Assembly: GCA_964247055.1 (NCBI GenBank)
Contig: OZ176056.1
Span: 7,006,001 to 7,070,000, forward strand
Length of the DNA: 64,000 nucleotides
DNA from: Paragordius varius
Taxonomy: Eukaryota > Animalia > Nematomorpha
Reading direction: 5' to 3'
The translations under genes and the position numbers were made by a program. Below are positions 51,783-64,000 of the stretch, one piece after another. The first letter of the stretch is position 1; the number at the start of each line of letters is the position of its first letter. Under the pieces are notes generated by a model that had not been told where the DNA came from, did no database searches, and worked only from the letters and a program-made list of their open reading frames with translations.

Positions 51783-54700
51783 TCACCAAACCACACATTT
51801 GTGTTCGGGATTCATAGTGGAATTAATCGGACATTTAAAAGCGTCAGCAAAATCTTTGGAATTCGAAAGGGATCCAATAACACTAAAAAACATTTTAAAA
51901 TGAATATATAATATAAAAATTTAGCCATGATAATTTCATGGTTCTCAAACCTCTTGACAAAAATGTTTGCTACTTTTTTTAAAATATACAAACCGATTCA
52001 TTTCCATCCATAATTTCTATAATTATTGCAATTTCTAACCACAAACACTCCATACAAACATGATAATGTTTTATTTTAAATGGCTTTGGTAAAGCAATTA
52101 TCCTGTATCAAAATGGTGTGTAGAAAATATTATAAAAATGAATCTTATACATCTTATCTGTATATAATTACGCCAGTATAAATATCTAATTATACCTTTC
52201 ATCAATCATTAGCCTATTGTTAAACTGTGACTAGTCCTTGACCATCAAGTTTATAAACTTTAAAATGTTAGTCACTGTGTTTATATTAATAATGTATGTG
52301 AAAGTAGTTTGAAGTACTAGCAAATAACCCACCAAAATTATTTTATTTATAGGTGGGTAAGGCCTATTAGTTTGCTTTTTAGAAATCTTAATTTAGCACC
52401 GCTGAAAAGATCGGAACAGTCAAAAAGATAAAATGCCAACAAAGGAGTTTTGCTTGAAAATGTACTATATTATTTACCAGCTGTATGCTTGAACAAACGC
52501 CTACTCCAAAATTAATTAAAAAACATTCCATGTTGCCTATTTGAATTATATCGCTGCTAAAAAGTTTTCACTCTCATATCAACACTATTTTTTGCAGGAC
52601 ATGCTTTTTGAAATTTGTCTAAACCACAGTGGTACTAACAAAAAAAAATTAAAGAGGCGCAAAAAATATTTTTTTGGTATCAAGCATAACTCTTTCAAAC
52701 TCCAGATTATTATACTCATAAAAAATATATTAAATTTGTTATAAATACTAAAATAAAATAAATAAATTAAAATAAATTATGGAGCAACCGTTTTTTACGC
52801 CGTGTATGCCCTTACTAACCGGCAACCAGAGAATCTGGAGGAAAGTAAATAAACGTTTAAAGAAAGATGGAGGTTACAGCTGTTATATTTTGGTATTTTA
52901 TCGCTAATTCACTTTTCTTTCTCGCTTTTTGCTTGTTCTTATCATATCAATACATTATAACAAAACATAAGATGTGTTCGAATCCCACACTCCATACTAA
53001 TCATATCATTCGTCTGGCCACCTGGAATATAACATCTTTGACCAGAAGGAGTCAGGAAATAACAGCTTTGCTCTTCTCCAAGAACATCGAAATATGTTGC
53101 GTCCAAGAAACTCGCTGGAAGAACACTGGTTCCAAAAACATTCTAGATTATAAATTATTCTGGTCTGGATCTAATGGCCGTTCATCAGGTGTCGGAGTTT
53201 ATGTCAAAAATTCCATTGTACCCAATATCATATCCATTAATTACTCATCTGAAAGATTATTAGTATTAAAAATTCAAATCAACAAAAAAATCTATCATAT
53301 TTTATCCGTTTACGCCCCACAAATTAATTGTTATTCAGACTGTAAGGATTCATTCTGGTTGGCTTTAAATGAAAAAGTCACTGCTATTCCACACACTGAT
53401 TTCATATTTATCGGGGGTGACCTAAACTCTCACTTCGGTTAAGAATCTTTACATTCAGTACATGGTGGATTTGGAATGGATGATTTAAATGAAAATGGTA
53501 AAATATTATTAGATTTCGCAAGTAATAATAAATTATCCATCATTAATACCTTTTTTAAAAAAAATGTTAATAACTTGCTAACCTATATATCCGGCACAAA
53601 TTGCTCGATGATTGACATAATTATGTCAAGAAAAGAAGACAAATCTAATTTTAAAAAATATTAGATCTATCCCCGCTTTAGAACTACAGCACAAACTCAT
53701 TATTGCTGAATTATATAAATCTACATCAACGCAATCACCCATTGGACAAAATAAACCTAAATTTAGATATAAAAAATTAGTCGATAATAATATCAATAAT
53801 AGATTGAAACTCGACACGGAAAGTTCCCTTAAAACAACCTCTCCGGAACATTTCTGGAATTCCTTAAAATATAGCTGCATTGAATCACTAGAGAAGAATG
53901 TTGGCAGAATTAAATCTAATAATAAAAAAGCATTTAAATGGTGGTGGCAAATATCCCTGATAGATATAATTAAGAAAAAGAAATCTGCTTTCCAAAAATG
54001 GAAAAAAGAAAAAAGTCCTGACAGCAAAATTTACCTCCAAACAAAGAAAGATTGCCGTAAAGTGATCAGAGCATCGATGAGAAAAATGGGTGAAGAAAAA
54101 GGGAAAGAACTAGGAAAAGCCATATCTTCCCAATCTGCATATAGATGGGTAAAATATGATAATAATATAAGGGTCGAAACAAATGCAATTAGATTACCCG
54201 ATAATACTATAACCCACGACGCCCAAGTTATAAAAGCCACATGGTATAACCAGTTCTTTAATATTTTTAATAAACCTAAAATACCTATGGAAATCACGAA
54301 CCCTCACCCAACATATTCTTCATTTCAACCATTTACTAATGATGAAATTGAATTTTGTTTAAAGAATTTAAAAAGTAATAAATGCCCAGGTTTATCAGAA
54401 ATCACAAATGATGTATTCAAAGCCCTAGATCATAATTTATTTTTGGATTATTTCAAAAATCTTGCGAACAACATAGCATTAAATAATATCATATCCTCTG
54501 ATTGGCTGAAAAGCTATACAATCCCAATTTATAAGGAAAAAGGAGATTGTTTTAACGTTTCCAACTTTCGTCCCATACGCATCTTAGAACATAGTTTTAA
54601 AATCTTTAAAAATCTGATATCCAACAGAATCCGTCCACACTGCACCATAAATTCTACGCAATTTGGATTTTCAAAAAACAAGGGTACTTAAGATGCAATA

Positions 54701-57700
54701 TTTATAATCCGCCAATTACAAAATGCTCACCTGAGAAATCTTCCTCTCCACTATGCCTTTGTAGACATGGAACAGGCTTTCGACTCAGTCCCGCAACACC
54801 TGATTGCTTGGTCGCTCAGAAGGCAAGGTATAGAGGAAAATATGATACAAATAATAGAAGCACTATATACGAACACCTCAACTGTAATCCGTACAAGCGT
54901 TGGCGATACGAACCCCATCCCACTTGAAAATGGCCTACACCAAGGTTCTATATTAAGCCCCTTTTTATTTATCCTAATTATGGAGGAGATCACAAAAGAC
55001 ATACGAAAAGGCTTACCTTTTGAACTTCTGTACGCTGATGACTTAATATTATGCGCCACATCTGCAACGGAATTAATGGAAAAGTTAAATTTATGGAAGG
55101 ATACCCTAAGTAAATTCGGTTTAAAGGTAAATACATCTAAGACTAAACTAATGTGCGATGAAAAAGAAACAATAAAATGGCCCTGTTCCGTGTGCTCATT
55201 AAATGTAAAATCAAACTCAATAAAGTGTAACAATTGTTTAAAGTGGGTACATAAAAAATGCTCCACTTTAAAAAGTTTATATGATAATAAAAACTTTATC
55301 TGCCCCCCGTGCAGTACAACCAATACATTAACCAAAGAATCCCCCGAATCCTCCACTTTATTCGAAATTGTCGACAAATTTACATACCTAGACGATACTT
55401 TAGATGCTGGTGGTGGTATAAAATCGGCATCGCATAGAATCAAAGCCGCCTGGAAAAAGTATCATAGTCTGCGCACAATAGTAAATAATAAATACGTTTT
55501 ACTCAGTTCAAAGGCAAATATTTTTATGACGGCTATACGTCCTGCTATACTATATGGTACGGAAACATGGCCTATGACTAAATCAAATCTACTATCACTG
55601 CAAAAGGGTGAGCAAAAGATCCTAAACGCCATTCTTTTCGCACATAACCCTAACATATACAATTTCCAAGCCAAATTTTGCCCCTATCAAACTCTAAAAA
55701 TTAAACCAATTAATACAGCTATCCGTACCGTTTGCGTTGGGCTGGTCGCATCTACAGAGCGCAAGACACAAAGTGGATAAAGCTCATACAGTCTTATTCA
55801 ACCAATAATAAAAAACAAAAAAGGAAGGCCTTAAAAAACCTGGCAATCCACCATTCAAGAAGACCTAGATTTCCTCAGTATCGATATCGAACAAGCTCAA
55901 GACAGAAACAAATGGAAAACTATAACACGCTTACCTCCTTTGAAAGGAGAAAATAGCGTATAAAGGTGATATATTAAACTTGTTATAAATAATTCAGTGC
56001 CATAAAAAGGGATTTTAGGGCCCTATGCGGCCCGTGGGCCACGGTTTGATAATCACTGGTCTAAACAATCCTATTTTACTATGGGCTTTACATATTTTAA
56101 ACATTGATGAATAATACCGGTTAGATAAATATAACTGTGTCAATCTTAGATAATAGCTGTTTAATAATAACTTTATGGAAAAAATATTAAGATAAATTGA
56201 AATGCTCTTATAGTACAATAATTATCAAATATATTTATAGCCTAGACGCATAAATATTGTAAAAAAATGGTATTTTAAGAAAATAAATCGGCTACCGTAT
56301 TTTATTTGGGCTGTGAGAATCATTAAGGATATCATAATACAAGGATCTTCGAGTTTCCTTAGTGCACCACACCTGAAAATATAAATTTTCAAAGCACAAA
56401 TGAAAAATATAATTTGCATTATATATATATAAATACCTGAGCAAAGGATAGAAAAAATAATTGATTTTGTGTCATGTTTAAACCGGGTAAGTTTAATTCG
56501 TTTTGACCGATTTTTCCATTCATTGAAGCTGTATTTTTCGATGCTTGCTTAAAAGCCTTTTATAAGAAATCATAAATTTATATACGTTTATGAAAAACGG
56601 CTGACTGCATTTAGGACAAAAATCAGACACGGTCAAAACCAGTCAATAAATGCATGTATGTTATACAACTGCAATTAACTATCATACCATTTTTAATACT
56701 TTTTCCTTTCTTCTGTAATAATAACTTGAATATTTAATGATCAGATTGAGTAGATATTGATATATTATTATAAACTCTAAAATATAAATTACTTACATTA
56801 AATGTGGCTTTTAGTCCTCCGTTATCTGCAATGTTCTCACCGATAGTTTGTCTCCCATTTATCTATGCATGACATACAGTAAAATTTAAATTTAACGGAC
56901 AAAACTTAAAAATATAAAGACAATTTTTTTTCTAAAAGACAACCATATTTTTTAAGCTTCATTTTAAAAAGGATAACTCATTATTTTAATTTGCAAAATA
57001 TAAGATTAATATGTATATTGGTTACACAATCAATTTTATATTTTACAATGGTAATTATATAATTTATATGAAAAAAATAAAGGTTTATAAAAGTATGGTT
57101 GCCTCGTAGAAAATATTTGTCTTTATGTTTCAACTTTTTGCTCCTTTAATTTCAGTTTTTACTGTAATAATAAATCTATGAAATTCGCACCCATAAATCC
57201 TGATATGTTAATAAGATAAAACATAATTTTCCACAGGAATGGTGAAATATTTTTTGATATAATATAACGTTAATATGATTGTCAAAATGTACAAATTAAA
57301 ATAGGTATATAAAAAGTTTTTTTAGTGACTAATTACTGTTGATAACGAAAAATGGATATTTTTATAAACTTTATAATTTAATTTCCCATAACTACAGTTT
57401 TTAATATATAAAATATCATATCGTGTTTGTAATACTCACAATCTAGGAACCTAAGAATCAGCTTTTCGGGAGCGGTAAATATATCTTAGTTTTTATAAGT
57501 GAAAATCGGTTTAAAACGGCAAAAATTATACGTTGTTTTCCGTTTTAAAAACATTGTCATATTTTTATTTTTCTTTTTGTTTAATTATATACAAATGTAG
57601 ACATACGAACATATAATACAATTTTTAAAACCAAGCGAAAAAACCATGCAGAACACCGGATTTTGCAATAAAATTGGAACCGTTTTGATCTAAACCCGTA

Positions 57701-59674
57701 TTTTTCTAAAAAATACGGATCAATAACTCGAATCCGGTTTCAATCCTTACAAACAAAGTAAATATTTAATTTACTTCAAAAAATATGTTCCGAATCACAA
57801 AATATCTTGTACCATTAAGTTAATTATATTTACGATTGGTCAATAATTATCTAATTATTGTCGTTACTGGTATTCCTAATAAACGGTAGTTAGAATATTG
57901 TTTGTCCAAACATCGGGCTTTTTGTTCAAATCTAGCAATCAATTCATTGTTCCACCATGCCTTAAGATTTCCATCTTTGTCAAATTGTCGGCCTATATAG
58001 TTTTAATTTTGGACACATTGATTAAATTAAAAATTTTGTCATGACTTTCATATAAACAAAGTAGATCATATAAAGGTTTACCAGTATCATCAAAACCATG
58101 GGTTAATTCATGGCCTACTACGAACCCCATTGCCCCATAGTTTAAAGCTCTTAAAAATAACGCATATTTCTATATTTTCGATTCACATGTATATATTTTT
58201 TGTATAATTATGCATACTTGGGAAAATCGCTATCATAAAATGGTGTTTGCAAAATTCCAGCAGGGAACACTATATATAAGTTATAATCAATTATATATGT
58301 AAGATATTTCAACTTTTAGCTTAACTAATCTAAAAATACCCATTTCGTTTCCAGTTGCCAAATAATATGCATTGACCATTGGGGGAGTTAGAGCCCAACT
58401 TTTATAGAATAAAAATAAAAACTCACCTTATAAAAAAATATTCAATATATTTTTATAATTAGCTTTCGTGATATTAAATTCGTGAAAACAATTCAAAATT
58501 TAAAAACCTATATTATTTACTAAAGGTAGGTTCGATGTAACCGTTTGCCAACCGAAATTAGCTTAGGTATAACTGTTTTACAACGAAAAAAGACAACAAA
58601 CTTGGAACCGATGTTTGAAACGGTTTTCATAAAGTAAAATTTTTTTGGTTTTAATTTACGCGAGGTTAAAATTGAATTTATACGGACAAAACGTAAAAAT
58701 AGGGTGAAATATTTTTTTTCTAAAAGACAATAATACCTTTTTATCCTTATTTTTTCTTAAATGAATTATATAATTACAATTGTAAATTACATAATTGATT
58801 AAGTTACTAATTAACATCTCTATTTCCTAATTTGCATACAATGACTTTATTTAAAAAAATCTAGTTTTAAAGAGTGCATAGGTCTTTTGGAAAAATTTCT
58901 GTCTTTATATTTTACGTTTTGTCCGTATGTTAATTTTTACTGTAATATGAACATGTTGATGACGCTTGTTATTTTGATTTTTATTGATTCTTAACATTTA
59001 AATTATGAAGGTTTATATTATTGAAAATTACTTTAGCAATTTTTTTAATTACTACTTTTATGTTATATGAGTTGGCATTCAATTATAAATATCAGTTATG
59101 CGAATTCTAACCGTTTGTAGCGGTTTAATACAATCATTATAGAAAAAAGCGGTTATTGAACAATCGGTTCTAACCCTGATATATAAAACTTATGAGACTT
59201 AAAAAACGAATGGTATAGCAAAATCAACACAGTATTCAAAATTATTGTTAGGACAATTATTAAATATGTAGAAAAAAACTTTACTTTACAGTATGCATTT
59301 TAATGGTTGCCTTACACACTATAACTGGGCAATTTGCAACACAGTGGTGTAGGTAAAAAAACAAAATATTGAATAAAATAAACAAAGTAATGTAAGAAAG
59401 GAAGAAATTGTTTATATTCAACTTTTTTAGTTTTTCCCATACTTTACTGTGTTGCAAATTGCCCATATAGTGTAAAATAAACAACCCATAAAATGCATAC
59501 TGTAATTGATAATTTTAAAATGACCAAAAATTAAACTAAAAAATAAGATGGTAGATAACATATGCCTAAATAATAAAATATTTTTTCTGGAAAACGGTTT
59601 GGAATCGTTTTTGGCCTTTTCTGGTTGCGGTTGTTCACAAAAAGCCTAACTAATAATTCCATTTTTAATTCATG

Positions 59675-59706
<32 letters not shown>

Positions 59707-61757
59707 ATGATACTGCTGAAACTCAGTTAAAACAATATTACTTGAATTGTACAGAAAAACATTATATAAAATTAAAAATTTAGAACTCCCATATTGAATT
59801 TTTTTTATAGAAATAATTAATTTTAGTCAAAAAACGCTCTAAGCAGTATAATAGTTAAGTGAACCACCGTTAACGAGTATCTAGATTTATTAGGGTTTAT
59901 TCATTAAAAAAATAATGGTACTAAAAAACCGTTTTTTTTTACCTTTAAATATTGTGTGAATTATCATTAATTTTATACTTGTTTGTATTCATGGGAATTT
60001 TGAAAGGAAATTATTATATATACCCCTATTTTTTAATAAATGCATTATCATTATCACACACTATCGCTATAATCTAACCTAACAATCTCCCTATCCCTTT
60101 TTACAAGGCTATTTATTGCAACCCATTATTTGGTTAAAAATTATAAATTTATACCTAGTTTTATCCACTGGTTTATTTAGTTTCTGTAAGGCACGTTTGA
60201 TAAAAAATTTGATTTGTTTAAGATTATTTTCGAAATAAGTGTCTTCATCAAATTCTAACTATAAAAAAAGTTGATTACATAATGTATTTTAAATGTTTAT
60301 ACACTATATATAGATAAATGTACCCCTTCATATCTTCTTTCTAATTCGGTTTGATTGAGCAAAAACTCGGGGTAGCCGATTTTGTTGCGAATCGCATCTG
60401 CCTATTTATGAGAATATCAATGTACAAGCTAGAGAATATAATAATTATCGATAACATTTGATAGTAGGCTTGGGTTTTTAACAAATAAAATTAAAATTTA
60501 TCCTTAGAATATAATCGTTTGCGGTCATAACTTATGTTAACAAATAATAAATTTTTGTACTAAAAACAAATCAGATTTATCACAAATGTTTTAAGATTTT
60601 TATTTAAACTACTAACATAAATCTGATATTTAATACTTTAATAATTAGAAATAATATCAATATTGGTAGAAATATTTCATGCTATTTTTAAAACTAAAGA
60701 GATACCCCTAAATATATTACAACATGATTCTAGGATACATTAATAGGGCCTCCAAATTTAAAATACCAGAGTTAATCGATTTCTCTATTTTGGTATTGGC
60801 AAATTATAAATTATTTTTATATCTAAATTAAATAAAGTTAATATCCTATAGCTATACCTTTTCTATCGCTGCTTGACTAGTTTCTTTGTCCATCCAATCA
60901 AGTTTAGGAATTTGAGACTTAAACGCTTCCTTTATTCCATCTATCAATGACTCCGCCTAAAATTTTCGATTGTTACGCTTTAATATAACTTTACATAAGT
61001 TCGAAAGTAATAATTTAAGATATAATAGGGTAAAAATTAAAGAATACGGACGAAACCCAAAAATATAAAGACAAATATTTTTTTCTAAAAAACAACCATA
61101 CTTTTTCAATCTCTATTGTTTTCAATATAACTTATTATTTAATGTTGTAAAGTATGAAGATTATACATTACTAACATCAGTTTTATATTTTACATTCTAA
61201 TTCAATGGCTTATAAAGGAAAATAAAGGTTTAAAAAAGGATGGCTGTGTTTTAAAAAAATCGTCTTTATATTTTTACGTTTTGTCCGTATAGTTTAAATA
61301 TTTATTGTATTATTACCATTTTTTTATCACTGTTTTTAAAGTTGCTTTTAATAAATAAGGCGCCAAGAGGGAATCCCACAACAGAATTCGTATCCGTCAA
61401 ACAGGCACGCCAGGTTGGTGTAACGGTTTCCGCACTTCCTTGAAGTGCTTTGGTCAAAGGTCTTAACGTAGCCCGAAAATCGTAAGAAAGATATGGGACC
61501 AATTTATTCACCACATGCCACATGAAATAATTATTTAGCAATCTAAAAAAAGTAACCACAATCATTTACAAATTTAAATAAAAGAAATATTTTTCACTAT
61601 ACACCAACCTTTTGGTATCCACATGCCCAAGTTGTTCCTTAATAAAAACGGTAAGATTGGAAAAGTAATCTTTGGAGCGTACAATGATTATTTGATCTTC
61701 CGTCAATGTCACATTGATTAATTGGAAGAGTTTATTAAAATACGATGTCCAATTAAG

Positions 61758-61794
<37 letters not shown>

Positions 61795-63551
61795 CGTATC
61801 TTGCATTTTAAATAATAATCAAATTTAATCCGTGGTCATGACCACTAATAAGTGGGTGATTTTTTATTAAAATAAATACTTTTAAATACCTATTTTTTTA
61901 AATAAAATTATTTTTTTTAAATCCGCGCCCCTTCTACTAAGGCGTCTTGTGCGTCGCCCCCTTTTCCCCTCTAGCTACGCCACTGTATAAATTCAATTAT
62001 AATACAAATATATTTGGCCAACGAGATAAAAAGCTACATTTAATTAAGCAAAACTTAGGGGGCATCCGATCAAAATAGCGAAATTTTTAAATAAGAGCTT
62101 ATATATTTTTATTTGTACTTAAATTTCCTAATTGTCACTGTTATAATAATATTTTATTATATATTTATTATTTTTATTGATTTTGGATATGGAAAAAAAT
62201 ATTCCTGTCGATATATGTTAAATAACATTCAATCTTCTCCAAAAGTCAGCTAAATGGAAATAATAATTAAATTTTGGCGGCCAATTATAATAGGTATGTA
62301 TGCGGCTTTGTCGCAAACCGGACACCCCTGATACAAGTCAAAAATAAGTTTGTGTAAAAGTATTACAAAATCATATTGTTGATTAAGTTCTCGCAGAGTC
62401 ATTCGATTATACACTTCATCCAAATTGTTGACGTCCGTCATTGCTGGAGTAAACTAGATGTAAACAATTATATTATTTATATTTAAATTGTATGTATATT
62501 GACATAGAATAAAGCGTTAAGTTTAAGCTTCTTTAACACAAATAACGTACGTTAGCTATTTTAGTTTCAAACACAAGCACATTCGTCATAGTTTGCACTA
62601 GTAATCGGTAGTAATCCAAATAAGATGATCGTAAGAAGCTTAATGGATCTTGTTTTGCTTGGAGAGTAGGGTTATCAATATCCAATATATCTATCATCTC
62701 AATGTTACTTAGGTAATTGTTGCTGTTGATTATAGTATCAGCCATAGATAAAGGGTTTCCGCCCTTTGTTTTAGAAGAAGTGGTATTATTATATTTTCTG
62801 CCTTTAGCCTCCGGTAATTTAGTTTCTTCCTCCATTTGTGTCAACATAACTCGACCAATCCGTTTATAGATGGTTTCTATATATGATTGCGGCTCGGTTT
62901 TTTGTAGCTTTTGAGTATCGGCCCTTAAAGACGCATAAAAGTTTTCGATAAATTTTTTATCCTCCAAATGAGTCTGATAATGATGTAAACCCCAATAGTT
63001 ATGACTGTTACTGTTTCGCATCAGAATACGATTATATTTTATGCGCTGTTGTCGGATAAATTTCTCATGTAATTTTTTTGATTTCTTTGATCCTGTTTCT
63101 TTATTATCAAACTGAAGCTTATCATTTGGATTCTGTCTCAGGGATGCCTTTTCAGTTTGTGATAACACAGTTTTTTGTTTTGATAAGGATGATTGATTGT
63201 TTTCTTCAAGTGTGGCTTCAAAAGATTGGAGTAAATCTAGCAATATCTCTCTAATTCTAATCTCCTTTTCCAATTTTTCGACTATGACCAATCCCAAGTT
63301 TGTCATATACCTCGTATAAGCCAGTATCAGTTGAAGGTTTATGGGTGAACCAGTAACATTCAAATAAAATTCACGATTACCTAAACTCAAGCGTCCGGTA
63401 TCAAGGAATATGGCATTATAACTGGAATTTTTATCATCATCCGCAATGTAAACGGAAAAGAGAAGCGATAAATCTAAATCAACTGTCAAACGTTCCATCC
63501 AATCCTGAAAATCCCAATTTTCCGGTAACAAACTATTCAGAATGGTTGTTT
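51783..63551 (-). CDS. M13 zinc metallopeptidase (neprilysin/ECE-like), 5'-partial (first exons lie beyond the window)
   Basis: Exons: 63551-62551, 62453-62367, 61757-61609, 61542-61317, 60956-60858, 60401-60324, 60258-60155, 58398-58340, 58269-58218, 58149-58082, 57992-57868, 56862-56797, 56556-56437, 56372-56296, 51882-51783; phases compatible. Motifs [63 protein letters not shown] (HExxH), [38 protein letters not shown]...MNP.HKC.VW*. Confidence 0.93.
52780..55960 (+). mobile_element. Near-full-length decayed RTE-like LINE with a PHD finger in the RT region; antisense in the last intron of the M13 gene
   Basis: [35 protein letters not shown] (endonuclease); [21 protein letters not shown]...[48 protein letters not shown]; C4HC3 finger at 55184-55312; 3' hairpin ctcctttgaaaggag; stops at 53440 and 54689 plus frameshifts. 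Confidence 0.9.
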
Positions 63552-64000
63552 CTATACATAAATATAAATTTGTTTATATATGTATCAAAGCGAGTGTGTG
63601 GTTTTTTAAAATAAACAGGGCTATAGCATAATTTGTTTATGGTAATTTCCTTGCACCATTGCGATTTTAAAAATATGCCCTAGTTAATCGTATAAAGTTG
63701 ATACATGCCCTCATAATAAACCAAAACCAATAATATTATCATATGAATATTTAATCAATTTACTAATTTTTTATGTATATACGTAAAATAATTTTAAATA
63801 ACATATATTATTAGAAATATTCAAAGGGTCATGATGCGGATATTAACCCGTATTCTCGTTTGATCGAGGGTGTTCACTATTGAAATGGTTAATTCAAAGT
63901 ATTTCTAAAGATATTAACCTTGTTTTAGAATGTGGTCAAAAATTGCATTATCAGTTGAGGTATGAGTGGATGATTCAATTAACGTTTTATTTATTGGAGT

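Overview
Very AT-rich eukaryotic (metazoan-type) genomic DNA with spliceosomal GT-AG introns. There are no bacterial features, rRNA, tRNA or CRISPR. All gene models were assembled by eye and family calls come from recalled motifs, not database searches. Host genes: (1) a cluster of highly divergent secreted serpins, with one intact 4-exon gene (5366-8461, +), a tandem pseudogene copy (~12400-14220, +) and an inverted partial pseudogene (~2320-2790, -); (2) a 17-exon P5CS/ALDH18A1 gene (40939-18058, -; 1017 aa) carrying several long hydrophilic insertions; (3) a complete NTAQ1/WDYHV1 gene (44976-45706, +; 202 aa) that the ORF track misses because five introns of only 21-27 nt split it; (4) the 3' part of an M13 neprilysin/ECE-like peptidase (63551-51783, -) with a ~220-aa insertion. 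Mobile DNA: a full-length but frameshifted Mag-like Ty3/Gypsy element with near-identical 265-bp LTRs inside P5CS intron 8, an older Gypsy integrase remnant, two near-full-length decayed RTE-type LINEs (one with a PHD finger inside its RT region) plus a rearranged fragment, a head-to-head Penelope-like pair, a hAT (Blackjack-like) fossil and several MITE families. The most unusual signal is the ultra-short-intron gene sitting beside genes whose introns are 64 nt to ~5 kb.
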